Shown: positions 1 to 10,143 of the stretch, piece by piece
How positions within the stretch are numbered: the stretch's first letter is position 1
Layout: each line of letters begins with the position of its first letter
Assembly (NCBI GenBank): GCA_963835065.1
Contig: CAWIEK010000049.1
Coordinates: 544,001 to 608,000, forward strand
Direction of reading: 5' to 3'
Source of the DNA: an uncultured Chthonomonadaceae bacterium
GTDB lineage: Bacteria; Armatimonadota; Chthonomonadetes; Chthonomonadales; Chthonomonadaceae
DNA: 64,000 nucleotides
The notes under the pieces: model-generated
What the model saw: only the letters and a program-made list of their open reading frames with translations
Told to the model about the DNA's origin: nothing
The model's database searches: none
Made by a program: the position numbers and the translations under genes

Positions 1-250
1 GCGCTTCCAGCCCGATGTCTCATTGTGTCAAGTTGTAGGAGAGAGGCGTCGTGACCTCCAAAGCGTCAGGGCGAACGGGAGTGGACAGGCATCTTCTTGC
101 GCCTCCCTTCCTGGTTAGTTGATAGGAACTGCGAACGTTCAGTCTTCCTTTTTGTTTAGTAGACACTTGTACTGTTTAGACATCGGCAGTGGGAAAAAGG
201 TTCGTTATTTTCGCGTTGTACGGCTCCATTTTTTATCTTTTTTCTATCTT
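1..250 (-). ncRNA. Copy 1 of a duplicated candidate sRNA/micropeptide unit (ECF-type promoter, SD, 8-codon ORF MPVHSRSP at 66-92, conserved 3' region running off the window)
   Basis: Bases 1-80 are near-identical to 56851-56930 and degenerate similarity continues to ~250. On the minus strand GAACC-N17-GTCTAA (203-176) and a GGGAGG SD precede the ATG. Confidence 0.5.
176..203 (-). promoter_or_regulatory. ECF-sigma-like promoter GAACC-N17-GTCTAA
   Basis: Both boxes and the 17-nt spacer length are conserved in the second copy (57001-57028) while the spacer sequence diverges. Confidence 0.5.
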
Positions 251-426
251 TTTTGCGGGATGGCTGCTCGGGATGGTTGCTGTTGGCGTTGTGCAAATTT
301 GTACATGCGTGAAGGATTTATTAAAGCATGTGGCGAAGAGGATAGTAATTGGCAGTTCTCTTGCTTTGCGTTGCGCAGCAACAACATACAGTGATTTCTT
401 TCTGCATATTGCGCGTGAGGTAAATT

Positions 427-3400
427 ATGTCTTCCGAAGTTCCTGTTGAATTTTCTGCCGGGGAGGTGGTTTGCCTGCGCTCCGACCCCGATGTTAGCGG
501 CGTGGTGACGAAGGTTCTGCCGGGTGTTCCTGAGAACCGATTTCAAGTCTTTTTGAACAACAAGCAGGTTTTCTACTACGCCAGTCAGTTACAGCGCAGT
601 ATTCCGCAGAACGCGGCTTCCGACATTCTGCCCCTTTCCATGTTTCAGGCGCATCTTTGCGCCCTGCAAATACGCCATCCTTCCCTTTCCACGCTGTATT
701 CGCTTCATGCGGCTCGCGTGAATTTCATTCCTTATCAGTTTCGGCCCGTGCTGAAGTTTATTCATTCGGACCGCCCGCGTCTGCTGATTGCCGATGAGGT
801 GGGCGTTGGCAAAACGATTGAGGCGGGCTTGATTTTACGGGAACTGCAAGCGCGGCGAGAAATTAACTCTGTACTGGTAATTTGTCCGCGTTCGCTGGTG
901 AAGGAGCATAAATGGAGAGACGAACTGAAAAAGTTCGACGAAGAATTTGAAGAGATGGATGGCGGTAAGCTGCGCGTCTGTCTGAATGAATTGGATATGG
1001 ACGGGGAGTGGCCGCGCAATCGGCGCAAGTGTATCCTGCCATTTTCCGTGTTCGATAAGCGGCTTGTGTTTGGCGAAGACGGGCGGCGTTCACGCAGCAG
1101 AGAAGGCCTGGTGAATCTGGACACGCCGCCTCATTTCGATCTGGTGATTGTGGACGAAGCCCACCACCTGCGCAATTCCAGCACCTATCTGCATCAGGGA
1201 GTGAAGTTCTTTTGCGACCATGCGGATGCCGTCGTGCTGCTGACCGCAACGCCGATACAGCTTGGCGACAATGATTTGTATACGCTGCTGCATTTGCTGC
1301 GTCCCGATTTGATTTTGGATACAACCAGCTATCAGAGCATGGCTGCGCCCAATCCGTTCATCAACAGGGCTGTGGAATGGGCGCGGGGCGGGGCGGAAGA
1401 CTGGCAGGAGCAGTGTGAGGAAGCCTTGCAGGGGGCGGGGCAAACAGAATGGGGACAGCGCCTGCTGTCGGGCCTGCCGGAGTTTCAGGAGATGTGTGAG
1501 CGCTTGCAGGGCGCGGCTTTGCCGGATTCCGCGCGGATTGCCTGCATCCGCGATCTGGAAAAACTGCATACGTTTGCCGGCATGATCAATCGCACACGCC
1601 GCCGCGATATTGGGAATTTCACGACGCGCAAGGCGGAAACCGTCACCGTGAATTTTACGCTTGCGCAGGAACAATTGCACAATGCGTTGCTGGCGGTACA
1701 GGCGCGTATTTTGCGCCGCGCCCATAAGGTGGAAGTGGCGCAGGCCGTACAGTTTATGATGACCACGCTGCGGCGGCAGGCGGCAAGCTGCCTGTACGCG
1801 CTGGCTCCCCTTATCGAACAGATATTGACGCGCCGTTTCGATCCTGAGAGCGCGGACGAATGGGACACAGAAGACGAGGAAGATGGTGACGCGGGGGGCA
1901 TGGAAAGCATTGCTCCGGGCGCGTTGGTTTCCTTGCAGGCGGAAATAGCAAGCGTACTGCAAATGGCGCGTAACCTTGATCCGTTCGACCCAAAATTAGA
2001 GGCGTTCCTGAAGTTGGTGCGCGATAAGCAGGCGCTGCCGAACAAGAAAATTTTGATATTCAGCACGTTTCGGCATACGCTGAACTATCTTTTGACGCAT
2101 CTGCTGCGGGCAAACATTCGCGTCGGTCTGGTGCATGGCGGCGTACCGGATGAGGAACGCTCCGAGTTGCGCAGGCGGTTTGCACTGGATGCAAACGATC
2201 CGCAAGCGATTGACGCGCTGTTGTCCTCGGAAGTGGGCTGCGAGGGATTGGATTACCAATTTTGCGACTGCCTGATTAACTATGACTTGCCCTGGAACCC
2301 GATGCGCGTGGAACAGCGAATTGGACGCATTGACCGCTATGGGCAGAAAAGCGAAACCGTTGCTATTTACAATCTGGTGACGCCGGGTACGGTAGATTTC
2401 GACATTTACGAGCGTTGTTTGTGGCGTATCGGCGTGTTTCAGCAGGCATTGGGCGGCAGCGAAGAGATATTGGGGAATCTGACGCGGGAACTGAAAGCGG
2501 TTGCGGAAAATCTGGAACTGACGGAAGCAGAGCGGCAGGCGCGTTTGCAGCAGATTGCCGACAACGAAATCCGATTGGTACAGGAGCAGCAGGCGTTGGA
2601 AGAGCAGCAGGCGGAATTGTTCGGCAACGCGCTGCCCTTAAAACAGTTTGAGCAGGATGTAAAGGACGCCACAAGCGCGTGGCTATCCCCGTCCGCGCTG
2701 CAAAACCTGATTGAGCATTATTTATCGGAAACCTGCGGCGGCGAGGGGCATATTCTGGGCGGAAAGGCTTTGAAAACCCTGCGGCTCAATCAGGAAGCGC
2801 GTAACCGGCTCTTGCAGGATTGCAACAAATTGCCTGCTGCAAAGTCCGCCCCGCGCCGCGATTGGGAACTCTGGCTGAAACGCGACGAGGCGCATCTGGC
2901 AATTACGTTTGAGTCGGCCTGCGCGGGCGATAATCGGTCAACGGCGTTTATTACGCCGGTTCATCCCCTCGCGCAGCAGGCGGCGCGTTTGTTTACGGAC
3001 GTGCCGCCGTTTCGCACCGTTTGCCGCGTGACAGACGATGAAATTCCGCCCGGAACCTACCCGTTCGCCATTTACCAGTGGCAGAAGCGAGGTATTCGGG
3101 ATGATGTCGAATTTCAGCCTGTTTGCGCGAATAAACAATTGACGTGAGCGTTTCTTAACCCTACTGGAAACGGCGCAGTCGGCGGAGGGTTTGCATTTCG
3201 ACTTTCCCGATGCGGGGGAATTCGACGCGCTGGATCAGCAGCACTATCCGCTCTGGTTGCAGGCGCGGGCCAAACATCAGGAATTGACGCGGCGGATTGT
3301 GGAGCAGAGAGGGGAAAGCCTGCGGGCCAGCCATCGGGCGCGAATAGCACAGCTACAGTATCAGCGCGACAACATCGCCGACGAGAAAATACGGATTATG

Positions 3401-3535
3401 CGGGGTTCGGAAATCCGCTCCGCAACTGCCGACTTCGACCGCCGCATGGCCGAAATCAACGCCGCCGAAGGCCGCGCCGACCTCGCGGCAACGCAGGTAG
3501 CCATTGGAATACTAATCGTGGAGGCAAAACAATGA
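427..3535 (+). CDS. SNF2/RapA-like SF2 helicase-ATPase, split by an apparent +1 frameshift near 3145 (ORFs 427-3147 and 3191-3535)
   Basis: Motifs LIADEVGVGKT, VDEAHH, LTATP, SEVGCEGLD, YDLPWNP and EQRIGRIDRYGQ. Removing one T at ~3145 reads ..KQLT-ERFLTLLETAQSAEGLHFDF.. into the downstream ORF. Confidence 0.85.
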
Positions 3536-6500
3536 CTGACTGGTTTAACGAACTGCAACAGAAGAAGCAGAATATGTTGGCAGGGAACCTAGCCACAGGA
3601 GATTGGGATGGTATCCGGGATACCATCGTGAACCCAGTACTCTGAGGATGGACATTTCATATACGAATTGCTGCAAAATGCTGACGATCAGAACGCGCAT
3701 GAAGTGCGTTTCCATTTGCAGGCAGACCATCTGATATTTGAGCATGATGGTAAACCCTTCGAGCGCAGCGATGTGGAAGGCATCACCCGCATTGGCACAA
3801 GTGTCAAACTGGAACAACACAATAAAATTGGACGCTACGGCATTGGTTTCAAATCCGTGTACGCCGTAACAGACTGTCCGCAGATTTATACGCCATCTGG
3901 ACGGGAAGCCCTTTGCATTTGAAATCAGCAACCTGGTTGTGCCGCAACACTTGCCGATTTGAGAGGATCATCCGCAAGGGGGTTCAACGCGCTTTGCGCT
4001 GCCGTTCAAGGCAGGCCATGAAGCTGAAACACATGCGAAACTCGCTGGCAAATTGCGAGGTTTAGGCGCGAAAACAATTATGTTCCTAAACCACTTGAAA
4101 CTTGTGTCATGGGAGACAGCAAGCCAATCCGGGGTATATGTTTGTGAGCGGCCAGCTACCCCGGATGGTATCTGCCGGTTGGAACGCGAACTTACCTCAG
4201 AGGGCGTTGTTCCCGAACGGGAAGAAGCGCGTTATCTGCGCTTTTCAAAGCCTGTACCATCCGTTGATGACAGAACCAATTTATCGGTCGCTATCGCGTT
4301 CCGATTAGATGATGACGAGCAGATCACAGAAGAAAAAGGCGAAACCTTCTTGAGTGTGTACTTCCCAACTAAAGAGAAGACACGCCTCAAATTCTGCTTA
4401 CATGCGCCTATGCTGCTGACACTGGAACGCGCCAACGTCCAAGAGAACCACCCGACAAATTCAAGCCTGATCAGAAGAATGTGCCTCCTTGCTTGCTGAA
4501 ACATTGCCAAAACTTCGGCAGCGAGGATTGCTTACGCCGGAATGCTTGTGTTGTTTGCCCCTTCGGCATCAAGATTTTCCTGCTTCGGCGTGAAGTGAAT
4601 GGCACAGCGTATGAGCGTGGTTCATTTTTCAGACCGCTTTACGATGCTGTACGCTATACAATGCTCAGTGATGAGCCTCTCATTCCTACCGACACAGAGC
4701 AAACATGCCACTGTTAAACAAGCCAGAATCCCTGAAACTGCCTGTTCGTATCCTGCTAAACCAAAAGCAAATCACTGGCCTGCATAACCAAACGTCTGCG
4801 AACCCGATATGTTGGACTTCAGGAAAAAATCAAAACCGGCGTGAGCAGCCCTACGAGCGAACTGTACTCATACTTGCAGGAATTGGGCGTAAAACCTGTT
4901 GATCTTGCAGACTTTGCAAAGATGGTCAAGGCTAACCCTTGGTTTATGGAGGAGCAATCGGAAGATTGGTTGATACGCTTCTACAATGTTTTGCTGGACA
5001 GACCTTTTTTATGGGAGAAAGGTAAACCTGACGCGATCCTGCGTCGAACCAACATCATTCTGACTGGAAGATGGCAGCCATGTCGTACCTTTCGATGTGA
5101 ATGACAAGCCAGCAGTTTACTTTCCTCTCCCAAACATCAATGATGCCCGCTTTCCGGCAGTAAACAAAAACATTCTGCTAAATTCGGGAGCGGTGAACTT
5201 TCTACGTCGTTTAGGATTGAGCGAACCTGATAAGGTTGATGTTGTGATTGACTACGTATTGCCCAAGTACAAGTCGAATGCAACGCCCTATGATGTGGTG
5301 CAATACGCTAAAGACATTGCCGTAATTGGGCAAGCGGTTGAGGAAGCCAGCCATTCCGCTTACGCATCAGCAAGACGCAGTGACTTGGAGCGTGAATTGA
5401 AACGCGCGAAATTTGTTCTCGCTACCAACCAAGCAACCAAAAAGAATACATTGCTACGGGCAAAAGATGTCTACTCTCCGACGCCTGAATTGTCAGCATG
5501 GTTTGATGGTTGTTCAGAAGCGTGGTTTATCAGTGATGCCTTGCAAAATCTGCAAGGTTGGAAGGCTATCGCAGCGTTCCTGAACCAGCATGGCGAAACG
5601 ATCACTGATACGCTTGTCATACAAAGAACTCAACTGTTGAGAGATGACCGAATGGAGGCGCAACTACCGGATAAGAAAGGATACGTGAAACTAACCGACA
5701 AAAAGCCATATAAACGCGGATTGAACCGCTTTGATCCGGGCGCAGATATCGCAGGGCTTGCCCATGCTGTTCAGCATCCAACTTTAGAAAGAGCAAGATT
5801 GCTCTGGAAAATGCTGGGTGAACACTCTCATCTTCTGATAGGCGAAGTTGAAACTGCCATTGATGCGCGTTTTACTCTGCCTGACAAGGACAGAATTGCA
5901 TCCAAAATTTGGGATGCTTGCCATAACACAGTATGGCTGCCCGACATTAACAACGTTTTTCGAAAACCAGCCGAGTTAGACTTAGCGAGTCTGCCCCATG
6001 ACTTTGACAAAAACACGTCCGCAGCCAAACAAGTGGCACTGGATTTGGGCATGAAGAAGGTTGCGCCGCAAACAGATACGGAAAAACTCGCGGAAAAGTT
6101 GGGTGTTCCGCCTTCTGCTATTGACCTCATCAGTAAGAATCCTGAAGGATTCAAACAATGGGCCAAAGACCAACAGAACTCCGCTAATTTCCCAAGTGGG
6201 GATCCAGCTTCGGAAAGACGCTTGAACAAACTAGGAGAATATCAACCAAACGCGCCAATGGTGGAGCGAGCGGAAAAATTGCGCAGCATACGAATTTCGT
6301 CAACGCAAATAAGCGCTGAGGATAAGGCACACCTTCGACTTTTGTATGACAAAGACGGAGATATGCAGTGCCAAATCTGCTGTGGAAAAATGCCGTTCAA
6401 AGTGAATGGGGCAGATTACTTTGAGGCAGTACAATGTATCCGCTTGGAAAAGCAGGAACTTCTTGTCAACAGATTGGCGCTTTGTCCAACCTGCGCCGCC

Positions 6501-6689
6501 AAATACCTTCATGCCAACAGCTATAAAGCCACTCAGGCGGATATGGCAAAACTCAAGCAGGCCATTCTATCCCTTGAAGGAGAATGTCTGCCAATTACAC
6601 TGGCAGGGGTTCCACATAAAATCCATTTCAAACGTAAACATCTGGATGAACTGAAGAAGGTTTTCAGCACAGCGAAGCATCAAGATTAG
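3532..6689 (+). pseudogene. Sacsin-like N-terminal GHKL ATPase fused to a C-terminal HNH-like Zn nuclease domain; multiply frameshifted (fragments 3532-, 3668-3922, 4053-4499, 4841-5104, 5097-6689)
   Basis: ATGA overlap with the helicase stop. Fragments give YSEDGHFIYELLQNADD, EHDGKPF, IGRYGIGFKSVY, TRFALPF, FPTKEKTRLKFCLHAP; the C-terminus has CQICCGKMPF...EAVQ...LALCPTCAAKY. Confidence 0.75.
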
Positions 6690-6740
6690 GTTGCCACTTG
6701 CTGTTTTGGGGTTTTGGAAGCGTTCTATAACGGGAGCTTC

Positions 6741-7053
6741 AACCCTCATCCGGCCTCCGGCCACCTTCTCCCTGCAAGGGAGAAGGCTAAACTGTGAGCG
6801 TCGCGTATTGTATAAGACCCTTGTTGGCGCACCAGACTACCACATTCGCCTTCTCCCTGCAGGGCTTATTGCACGACAGTTTTCAATGAAGGGCCGACGA
6901 TGAGATAAGAGTGACAGCAACAGACTGCATAGAATGTTCGTTCGTCTGCCATTCCCTTATCTCAAAGCACGTCATTTTGGGATGCTAAACAAAAACTGTC
7001 GTGCAATAAGCCCTTGCAGGGAGAAGGTGGCCGGAGGCCGGATGAGGGTTGAA
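6741..7053. repeat. Inverted pair of REP-like palindromes (CCCTCATCCGGCCTCCGGCCACCTTCTCCC..GGGAGAAGG) enclosing a ~150-bp MITE-like insert
   Basis: 6741-6786 is mirrored at 7011-7053. Internal inverted repeats GGGCTTATTGCACGACAGTTTT at 6862-6883 and 6992-7013. Confidence 0.7.
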
Positions 7054-7096
7054 ACAAACAAAACGGCAGTTCGCCTTTCTTGCGCGAACTGCCGTT
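7051..7096 (-). terminator. Intrinsic terminator of the 7121-7621 gene
   Basis: Hairpin AACGGCAGTTCGC..GCGAACTGCCGTT followed by a T-rich tail on the minus strand. Confidence 0.7.
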
Positions 7097-7120
7097 GGTG
7101 ATTGGCTCCGTCAAAAGCGA

Positions 7121-7621
7121 TTAGCGGGCCTTGCGAACCTCGCGGCCACTGCCCTGTTCGTGGTAGCGGGCGCTGTTGTCGCCGACGCGGTAGCCGCTCT
7201 GCCCGTCGTTGTAACGATCCCGGTCATGGTTGTACTGGTCATGGGCGTACTGATCATGATTGTACCGGTCCTGGTTGTTACGGACATCCTCATGGTAACG
7301 GCGGTTGTCGTTGTTGCCGTAGCCGTCGTTGTAGCGGCGCTGGTCGTAGTAACGACTGTCGTAGCCGTAATCGTGGTCACGGCGATAGCGGTCATGGTCG
7401 GAACCGATTTGCGTGGCCGCAACCAACGCGCCTGCCCCGACGATAATTCCCGGCGCTTTGTTCTTCTGAGTCAGCAGCAGAGCGGCAGCGGCTACGCCCA
7501 ATCCAAGCGCGGTGTTGCGCCTGCCTTCTTCGCTGGCGCGCGCTCCCATCGGCAGCGCGACAAACCCGGTTCCCATCGTTACGGCAAGGGTCAAAGCGGC
7601 AAAACGGTTGGTATATTTCAT
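7121..7621 (-). CDS. Secreted/membrane-associated glycine-zipper-like protein with a D/Y/R/N-rich tail; paralog of 34755-35096
   Basis: Signal-peptide-like N-terminus; ASEEGRRNTALGLGVAAAALLLTQKNK closely matches the 34755 ORF. Confidence 0.7.
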   Translation of the reverse strand: MKYTNRFAALTLAVTMGTGFVALPMGARASEEGRRNTALGLGVAAAALLLTQKNKAPGIIVGAGALVAATQIGSDHDRYRRDHDYGYDSRYYDQRRYNDGYGNNDNRRYHEDVRNNQDRYNHDQYAHDQYNHDRDRYNDGQSGYRVGDNSARYHEQGSGREVRKAR

Positions 7622-7955
7622 GGTGTTCAATCTCTCTTTCGGGCTATGCAAGTGTTCTGTGTATGCTTTCAAACAACGCAAACCCGACTGTGTTGTGACA
7701 CGAGAAATTAAAGCGTTGAGCGTAAATTGAGTACCAGGCCGTTAACGGGCCGTGAACGGCCTGGGTAAAGCCATTAGGAATTTAGATGCCACGGCCTTAA
7801 CACTTAACGCTTAATGCTTGCCGAAGGCAGAAATTTGTGCTACTATTAGAAATTCCGTGTTACGGTTTGCGCGGCTTCTGCATTGGCGCGTATCTGATTT
7901 TGTCTCCGCCGCGTTTTCAGCCTGTTCCAGCCAGCCTGTTCTATGAGGAAATTGC

Positions 7956-8693
7956 ATGCACATTCCTGATGGCGTACTCAGTCCTTCCACCTCCGCAGTT
8001 GCGGGGGTGGCGATGCTGCCTGTGTGGACGCTGGCGGCGCGGCGAGTTCGCTCCGAATTGGGGATGCGGCAAATTCCGCTGCTGTCATTGGGCGCGGCTT
8101 TTTGTTTTACGGTGATGATGTTCAACATTCCCGCGCTCGGCGGAACCACCGCGCACCCGGTAGCGGGAACCCTGCTGGCGATCCTGCTCGGTCCGTGGGC
8201 GGCGGTTATCGGCGTTTCCGTCGCATTGGGCATACAAGCCCTGTTTTTCGGGGATGGCGGCCTGCTGGCGTTTGGCGCGAACTGCTTTACGATGGCGTTT
8301 GCCCTGCCCTTTGTCGGCTATAGCGCGTATCGCCTGTTTGCGGGAAGAGGTACGGCATCCTCCCTGCCCCGCCCGCTTGCCGGAGCCATCGGCGCGTACA
8401 TCGGCCTGAACGCCGCCGCCGCTTTGGTCGCCGTGTTCCTCGGTATTCAGCCCGCCCTGTTCCACGAATCTAGCGGCCACGCCCTGTATTTCCCTTTTGG
8501 CCTGAACATCACCCTGCCCGCCATGCTCGGAACGCACCTGCTCGTTGCCGGCCCCGCCGAAGCCGTCGTCACCGCTCTCGTCGTGCAGTACCTGCAAACG
8601 GCGGGTATTGCATTGTATAGGGAACAGGGAACAGGGAACAGGGAACAGGGAACAGAAGGAAATGCTGAACGCGGAATGATGAATGATGAATGA
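7956..8693 (+). CDS. cbiM: ECF Ni/Co transporter S component CbiM/NikM
   Basis: Canonical N-terminus MHIPDG, GGTTAH, QALFFGDGG; GAGG RBS. Confidence 0.92.
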   Translation: MHIPDGVLSPSTSAVAGVAMLPVWTLAARRVRSELGMRQIPLLSLGAAFCFTVMMFNIPALGGTTAHPVAGTLLAILLGPWAAVIGVSVALGIQALFFGDGGLLAFGANCFTMAFALPFVGYSAYRLFAGRGTASSLPRPLAGAIGAYIGLNAAAALVAVFLGIQPALFHESSGHALYFPFGLNITLPAMLGTHLLVAGPAEAVVTALVVQYLQTAGIALYREQGTGNREQGTEGNAERGMMNDE

Positions 8694-8737
8694 CAATGCA
8701 GAATCCAATTCATCACTCATCACTCATCACTCATCAT
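8620..8737. repeat. Heptamer tracts (GGGAACA)x5, (GAATGAT)x~3, (TCATCAC)x~4 at the cbiM / PDGLE junction
   Basis: Directly visible tandem units. Confidence 0.9.
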
Positions 8738-10143
8738 TTTCTCCTTCCCCAACCCCCACTCTTCTCATCGGCTTGCTGGCTTTGATTGCGCTGACGCCGT
8801 TGGGGTTGCTGGCGAAGGGGGAGGCGTGGGGCGAGTGGGATGCGGCGGGCGTTCGGGAGCAGATCAAGCAGGTACAGGGTACGGAGTACGTGCCGCAGGG
8901 GATCGCGCAGGCGGAAGAACACGGCTATAAAGGTGTGCGCGGCTTACAGGATTATGCAAGTGACCGGGGCAAACTTGCATACGCGGGCGCAGGCTTGCTC
9001 GGCGTCAGCACGATTGCCGTTTTGCTCCTCCTCGCCGGACGCCTGCTGGCAAAACCGGAGGAAGGGATAAGGGATAAGGGAAAAGGGGAAAGTCAGGGAA
9101 CAGGGAACAGGGAACAGGGAACAGGGAACAGAAGAAGAAGAGAAGAAGAGAAGACAGAAGAATCTCATTCGGCAATCGGCAATCGAAAATCGGCCATAGA
9201 TTCATCCTTGCCTGCCTTCCCAATCGAAAATCGAAAATCGAAAATCGAAAATCTTCCTGATTGGCTGCAAACCTCCGCCTCTGCATCGGAGGCAGCGCCC
9301 AATATGGAGGGGCCGCGTCCGAACCCGTTTTTGGAGCGGACGCTGGCGGGACTGGCAAGTAATGCGCGGGTTGGACTGCAATCGGAGCGGTGGGCGCGGC
9401 AGGCGGGGTACTTGCAGCGGCTTGATCCGCGCGCCAAAGTTGGCGGTTTCCTGACGCTGATTGTGGTTGTGGCGGGACTGCACCGGTTGCCTATTCTGCT
9501 GATGCTGTATGCGCTTGCGCTTGGGATGGCCGCGCTGTCGCGCCTGCCAATTTCGCTGTTACTAAAGCGCGTGTGGCTGTCCGTACCAATTTTTGTCGGC
9601 GCATTGGCCCTGCCTGCGACGCTCAATCTGGTTACGCCGGGACGCGCGCTGTTCATCCTGTCGGAACATCCCTTTATCGCCATTACCGCGCCCGGCCTGC
9701 TGGCAGCGGCAACGCTCACGCTGCGCGTCGGAGTCGCGGTTACGTTCGCCGTTCTGCTGACGCTGACGACGCGCTGGAACGATCTGCTGCGCGCCCTGCG
9801 GATTTTGTTTGTGCCGCGCCTGTTCGTTCTCGTGCTTGCCATGACGTACCGCTATCTGGCCGTGCTGATGCAGATTGCCGGGGAGATGTTTGTGGCGCGG
9901 CGCAGTCGCACAGTGGGCAGAATCAGCCATGCAAGCGGACGCAGGTTTGTCGGCGGCAGCATGGGCGCGTTGTTTGGCAAAACGCTTGCGCTGTCCGAAG
10001 AAGTCCATAACGCGATGCTGGCGCGCGGCTTCAACGGCGAGATACGCGCCCTTGTTCCCCTGCGCTGGCGTCCCGCCGATTCGGTCTGGACGGGCGCGAT
10101 GCTGCTTGTCGCGCTCCTGTGCGTCATTGGCAGCAGGCATTAA
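8683..10143 (+). CDS. cbiQ: PDGLE/NikN-like domain fused through a repeat-encoded linker to the ECF T component CbiQ
   Basis: LTPLGLLAKGEAWGEW..QDY (PDGLE-like); LQRLDPRAK, TTRWNDLLRAL, MTYRY, AMLARGF (CbiQ); linker REQGTGNR / IENRKSK from heptamer tracts. Confidence 0.85.
   Translation: MMNDNAESNSSLITHHSSFSPSPTPTLLIGLLALIALTPLGLLAKGEAWGEWDAAGVREQIKQVQGTEYVPQGIAQAEEHGYKGVRGLQDYASDRGKLAYAGAGLLGVSTIAVLLLLAGRLLAKPEEGIRDKGKGESQGTGNREQGTGNRRRREEEKTEESHSAIGNRKSAIDSSLPAFPIENRKSKIENLPDWLQTSASASEAAPNMEGPRPNPFLERTLAGLASNARVGLQSERWARQAGYLQRLDPRAKVGGFLTLIVVVAGLHRLPILLMLYALALGMAALSRLPISLLLKRVWLSVPIFVGALALPATLNLVTPGRALFILSEHPFIAITAPGLLAAATLTLRVGVAVTFAVLLTLTTRWNDLLRALRILFVPRLFVLVLAMTYRYLAVLMQIAGEMFVARRSRTVGRISHASGRRFVGGSMGALFGKTLALSEEVHNAMLARGFNGEIRALVPLRWRPADSVWTGAMLLVALLCVIGSRH

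Noticed and set aside
119..546. Short ORFs 119-394, 189-449 and 244-546
   Set aside because: They overlap the repeated non-coding unit or the helicase start and have no recognisable motifs.
7049..7711. Plus-strand Val-rich ORF (220 aa) and Cys-rich ORF 7102-7446 as a membrane protein or RiPP precursor
   Set aside because: Both are antisense shadows of the D/Y/N-rich minus-strand gene, which has a paralog and its own terminator.
7830..7955. Cobalamin or NiCo riboswitch upstream of cbiM
   Set aside because: No B12-box or NiCo consensus is visible in the short leader.
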